Assembly: GCF_017876815.1 (NCBI RefSeq)
Contig: NZ_JAGIOS010000001.1
Location: 2,940,001 to 2,972,000, forward strand
Source of the DNA: Sinorhizobium meliloti
GTDB lineage: Bacteria; Pseudomonadota; Alphaproteobacteria; Rhizobiales; Rhizobiaceae
DNA length: 32,000 bases
Direction: 5' to 3'
Shown here: in pieces, positions 30,470 through 32,000 of the stretch
Layout: every line of letters begins with the position of its first letter
Position numbering within the stretch: the first letter of the stretch is position 1
Position numbers and translations under genes: made by a program
The notes under the pieces: model-generated
Databases searched by the model: none
Told to the model about the DNA's origin: nothing
The model's input: only the letters and a program-made list of their open reading frames with translations

Positions 30470-32000
30470 TTGCATCTCCTGGAAAAACTGAGGGCGCTTT
30501 CGATCGCCCTGTCTTTCGGTGCGCTGACGCTCGCTGCCGGCGGATCCGCAGTTGCGCAGGAGCCCGAGCCGAGCGTTGAGCAAACCCGGCCGGCCCAACA
30601 GGCGGCGCCTGCCCAGCCTCTCCAGCCTGCCCAATCCGTCCAGCCCGCGCCGCAGGCCGAACCGGCACAGCCGGCGACGCAGACCGGGACGGGTCAGGCG
30701 CCGGATGCCGCATCGCCGGTATTGCAGCAGGCGGAGGATCAGCTTGCCCAGGCCGACCGGGAGCTGAAGCGTCTCATCGAGCGTACCAATGCCGTCGAGG
30801 ACGACGACGCCATGCTCGCCGAACTCAGGGTGCAGGTCGACGAGCTTTCGAAGCAGATCATCGCCGCCTCCGTCCCCACCCGTCCGAGGCTCGACGAAAT
30901 CAAGGCGAGGCTCACGGAGCTCGGCGATCCTCCCGGTGAGGGGCAGCCGCCCGAAGACGCGGTCATCACCGATGAGCGCAAACGCCTCCTGGCGGAACGC
31001 GGGGCGATCAATGCTCTGACGGGCAGGGCGGAGAACCTCTCGGTCGAGGCGAGGAAACTTGCCAACCGGATCACCGCGACGCGCCGGGCGATCTTCTCCA
31101 ACACCCTGCTGAGACATACGGATGTCTCGGCGGCGATGTTGAGCGAAGCCGTCACTGCAACGATGCACGAAGCGATGGCACTGTCGCGCAGCATCGGCGG
31201 TTGGCTGACATTCGCCTGGAATTACAAGCGCGTGCCGCTGCTGAGCGCGATCTTCCTTTCGCTCTGCGCCGCGCTGCTCTTCCTGGTCGGCGGTTACAGG
31301 CTTTTTTCGCCGGTCCTCATGCGCCACGAGGAAGACGACGAGCCCACCTATTTCCGGCAGCTTTCGCTTGCGTTCTGGTCGACACTCATCCCGACTCTGG
31401 CGCTCGCCGCCTTCGCTATGTCGAGCTACTTCTTCCTCAGTAGTTTCAACGTCTTGCGGCCGGATATTGCTCCCATAGTTGCGATCACGCTCGCCATGGG
31501 CGTCGTGCTGTTCTTCATAGCCAGGCTGGCAGGCGCGGTGCTATCGCCGAACCGATCGAGCTGGCGGCTCGTGCGCGTTTCGGATCGCGGCGCGAAAATG
31601 CTGATGGTGCCGATCTTCGCGATGGCGCTCGTCAACGGGCTCGACTATCTGCTCGGCAGCATCAGCGAGTCTCTCGGTTCTCCGGTGGTGCTGACGATCG
31701 CCAAAAGCTTCGTGGCATCGATCATCATCGGTCTCATTCTCATGTCGATGGCGTGGATCCGGCCTGTGCTGAGGGCCGATGAACCTTACGATGCACCGGG
31801 ACGTCCCTGGCCGCGGGTTATTTCGCTCTCGTTTCTCCTGCTGGGCGCGGCGCTCATCGCGACTGCATTGTCGGGCTATGTCGGCCTGGCGCGCTTCATC
31901 GCCACGCAGATCACGGTAACGAGCGCGATCCTGGTGACGGTCTATATCGGCCTCCTTACGGGGAAGTCCGTGTCCAAGCAGGGCGCCTTTGCCGAAACGG
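30470..32000 (+). CDS. DUF3772-domain / MscS-family mechanosensitive channel, 5' part (runs off the right edge)
   Basis: This gene is absent from the ORF track because no stop is reached. I read it directly. TTG 30470 follows AGGAAA, with ATG 30395 as an alternative start. The product has a signal peptide (LRALSIALSFGALTLAAGGSAVAQE) and a Pro/Gln-rich linker. It continues with a coiled coil (LKRLIERTN...LAELRVQVDEL...RPRLDEIKARL) and then many TM helices, open to 32000. Confidence 0.8.
   Translation, partial: MHLLEKLRALSIALSFGALTLAAGGSAVAQEPEPSVEQTRPAQQAAPAQPLQPAQSVQPAPQAEPAQPATQTGTGQAPDAASPVLQQAEDQLAQADRELKRLIERTNAVEDDDAMLAELRVQVDELSKQIIAASVPTRPRLDEIKARLTELGDPPGEGQPPEDAVITDERKRLLAERGAINALTGRAENLSVEARKLANRITATRRAIFSNTLLRHTDVSAAMLSEAVTATMHEAMALSRSIGGWLTFAWNYKRVPLLSAIFLSLCAALLFLVGGYRLFSPVLMRHEEDDEPTYFRQLSLAFWSTLIPTLALAAFAMSSYFFLSSFNVLRPDIAPIVAITLAMGVVLFFIARLAGAVLSPNRSSWRLVRVSDRGAKMLMVPIFAMALVNGLDYLLGSISESLGSPVVLTIAKSFVASIIIGLILMSMAWIRPVLRADEPYDAPGRPWPRVISLSFLLLGAALIATALSGYVGLARFIATQITVTSAILVTVYIGLLTGKSVSKQGAFAET

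Noticed and set aside
30452-31327. 291-aa minus-strand ORF.
   Set aside because: It is antisense to the open-ended DUF3772/MscS gene, which I read directly in the plus frame starting at 30470. That plus frame has a signal peptide, a coiled coil and TM helices.
1-32000. CRISPR arrays, tRNA/rRNA genes and IS transposases.
   Set aside because: I saw no regularly spaced direct repeats, no cloverleaf-like conserved tRNA segments in the intergenic regions I read, and no transposase- or integrase-like ORF.

Overview
High-GC window that looks alphaproteobacterial and Rhizobiaceae-like, judging by palindromic intergenic repeats of the 'PAPSPRERGEG' pseudo-peptide type and by BA14K, DUF1515 and DUF3309 genes. 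All family calls come from reading the translated ORFs and recalling motifs; no database search was run. No rRNA, tRNA, CRISPR array or transposase was seen.

Layout, left to right:
1. hicAB toxin-antitoxin pair at the left edge.
2. Stf0-type sulfotransferase plus a glycosyltransferase.
3. The main find: a six-gene minus-strand locus (11096 to 2347) with the gene order of a Has hemophore system. The genes are ECF sigma, FecR-type anti-sigma, STN-domain TonB-dependent receptor, a secreted protein, T1SS ABC and HlyD adaptor. The secreted protein's N-terminus aligns by eye with HasA, but it is fused to RTX nonapeptides and a C-terminal T1SS signal.
4. Tim44-like and pentapeptide-repeat genes.
5. 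A scattered, degenerate prophage. It has a CI/LexA-like S24 repressor with operator-like repeats, a DnaA-domain-IV-like HTH protein and an orphan large terminase. It also has a low-GC GT2 'moron' and a lysis cassette with overlapped spanins. Small stress-type genes, a tandem secreted-protein family with a frameshifted copy, and two inverted MITE-like repeats are interspersed.
6. Tandem lipoprotein paralogues, an SLC13 permease, DUF924, a GFA protein and a 5'-partial DUF3772/MscS channel that runs off the right edge.

Many long ORFs in the track are antisense artefacts of the high GC content. Several track ORFs also start at TTG or GTG upstream of a better ATG.
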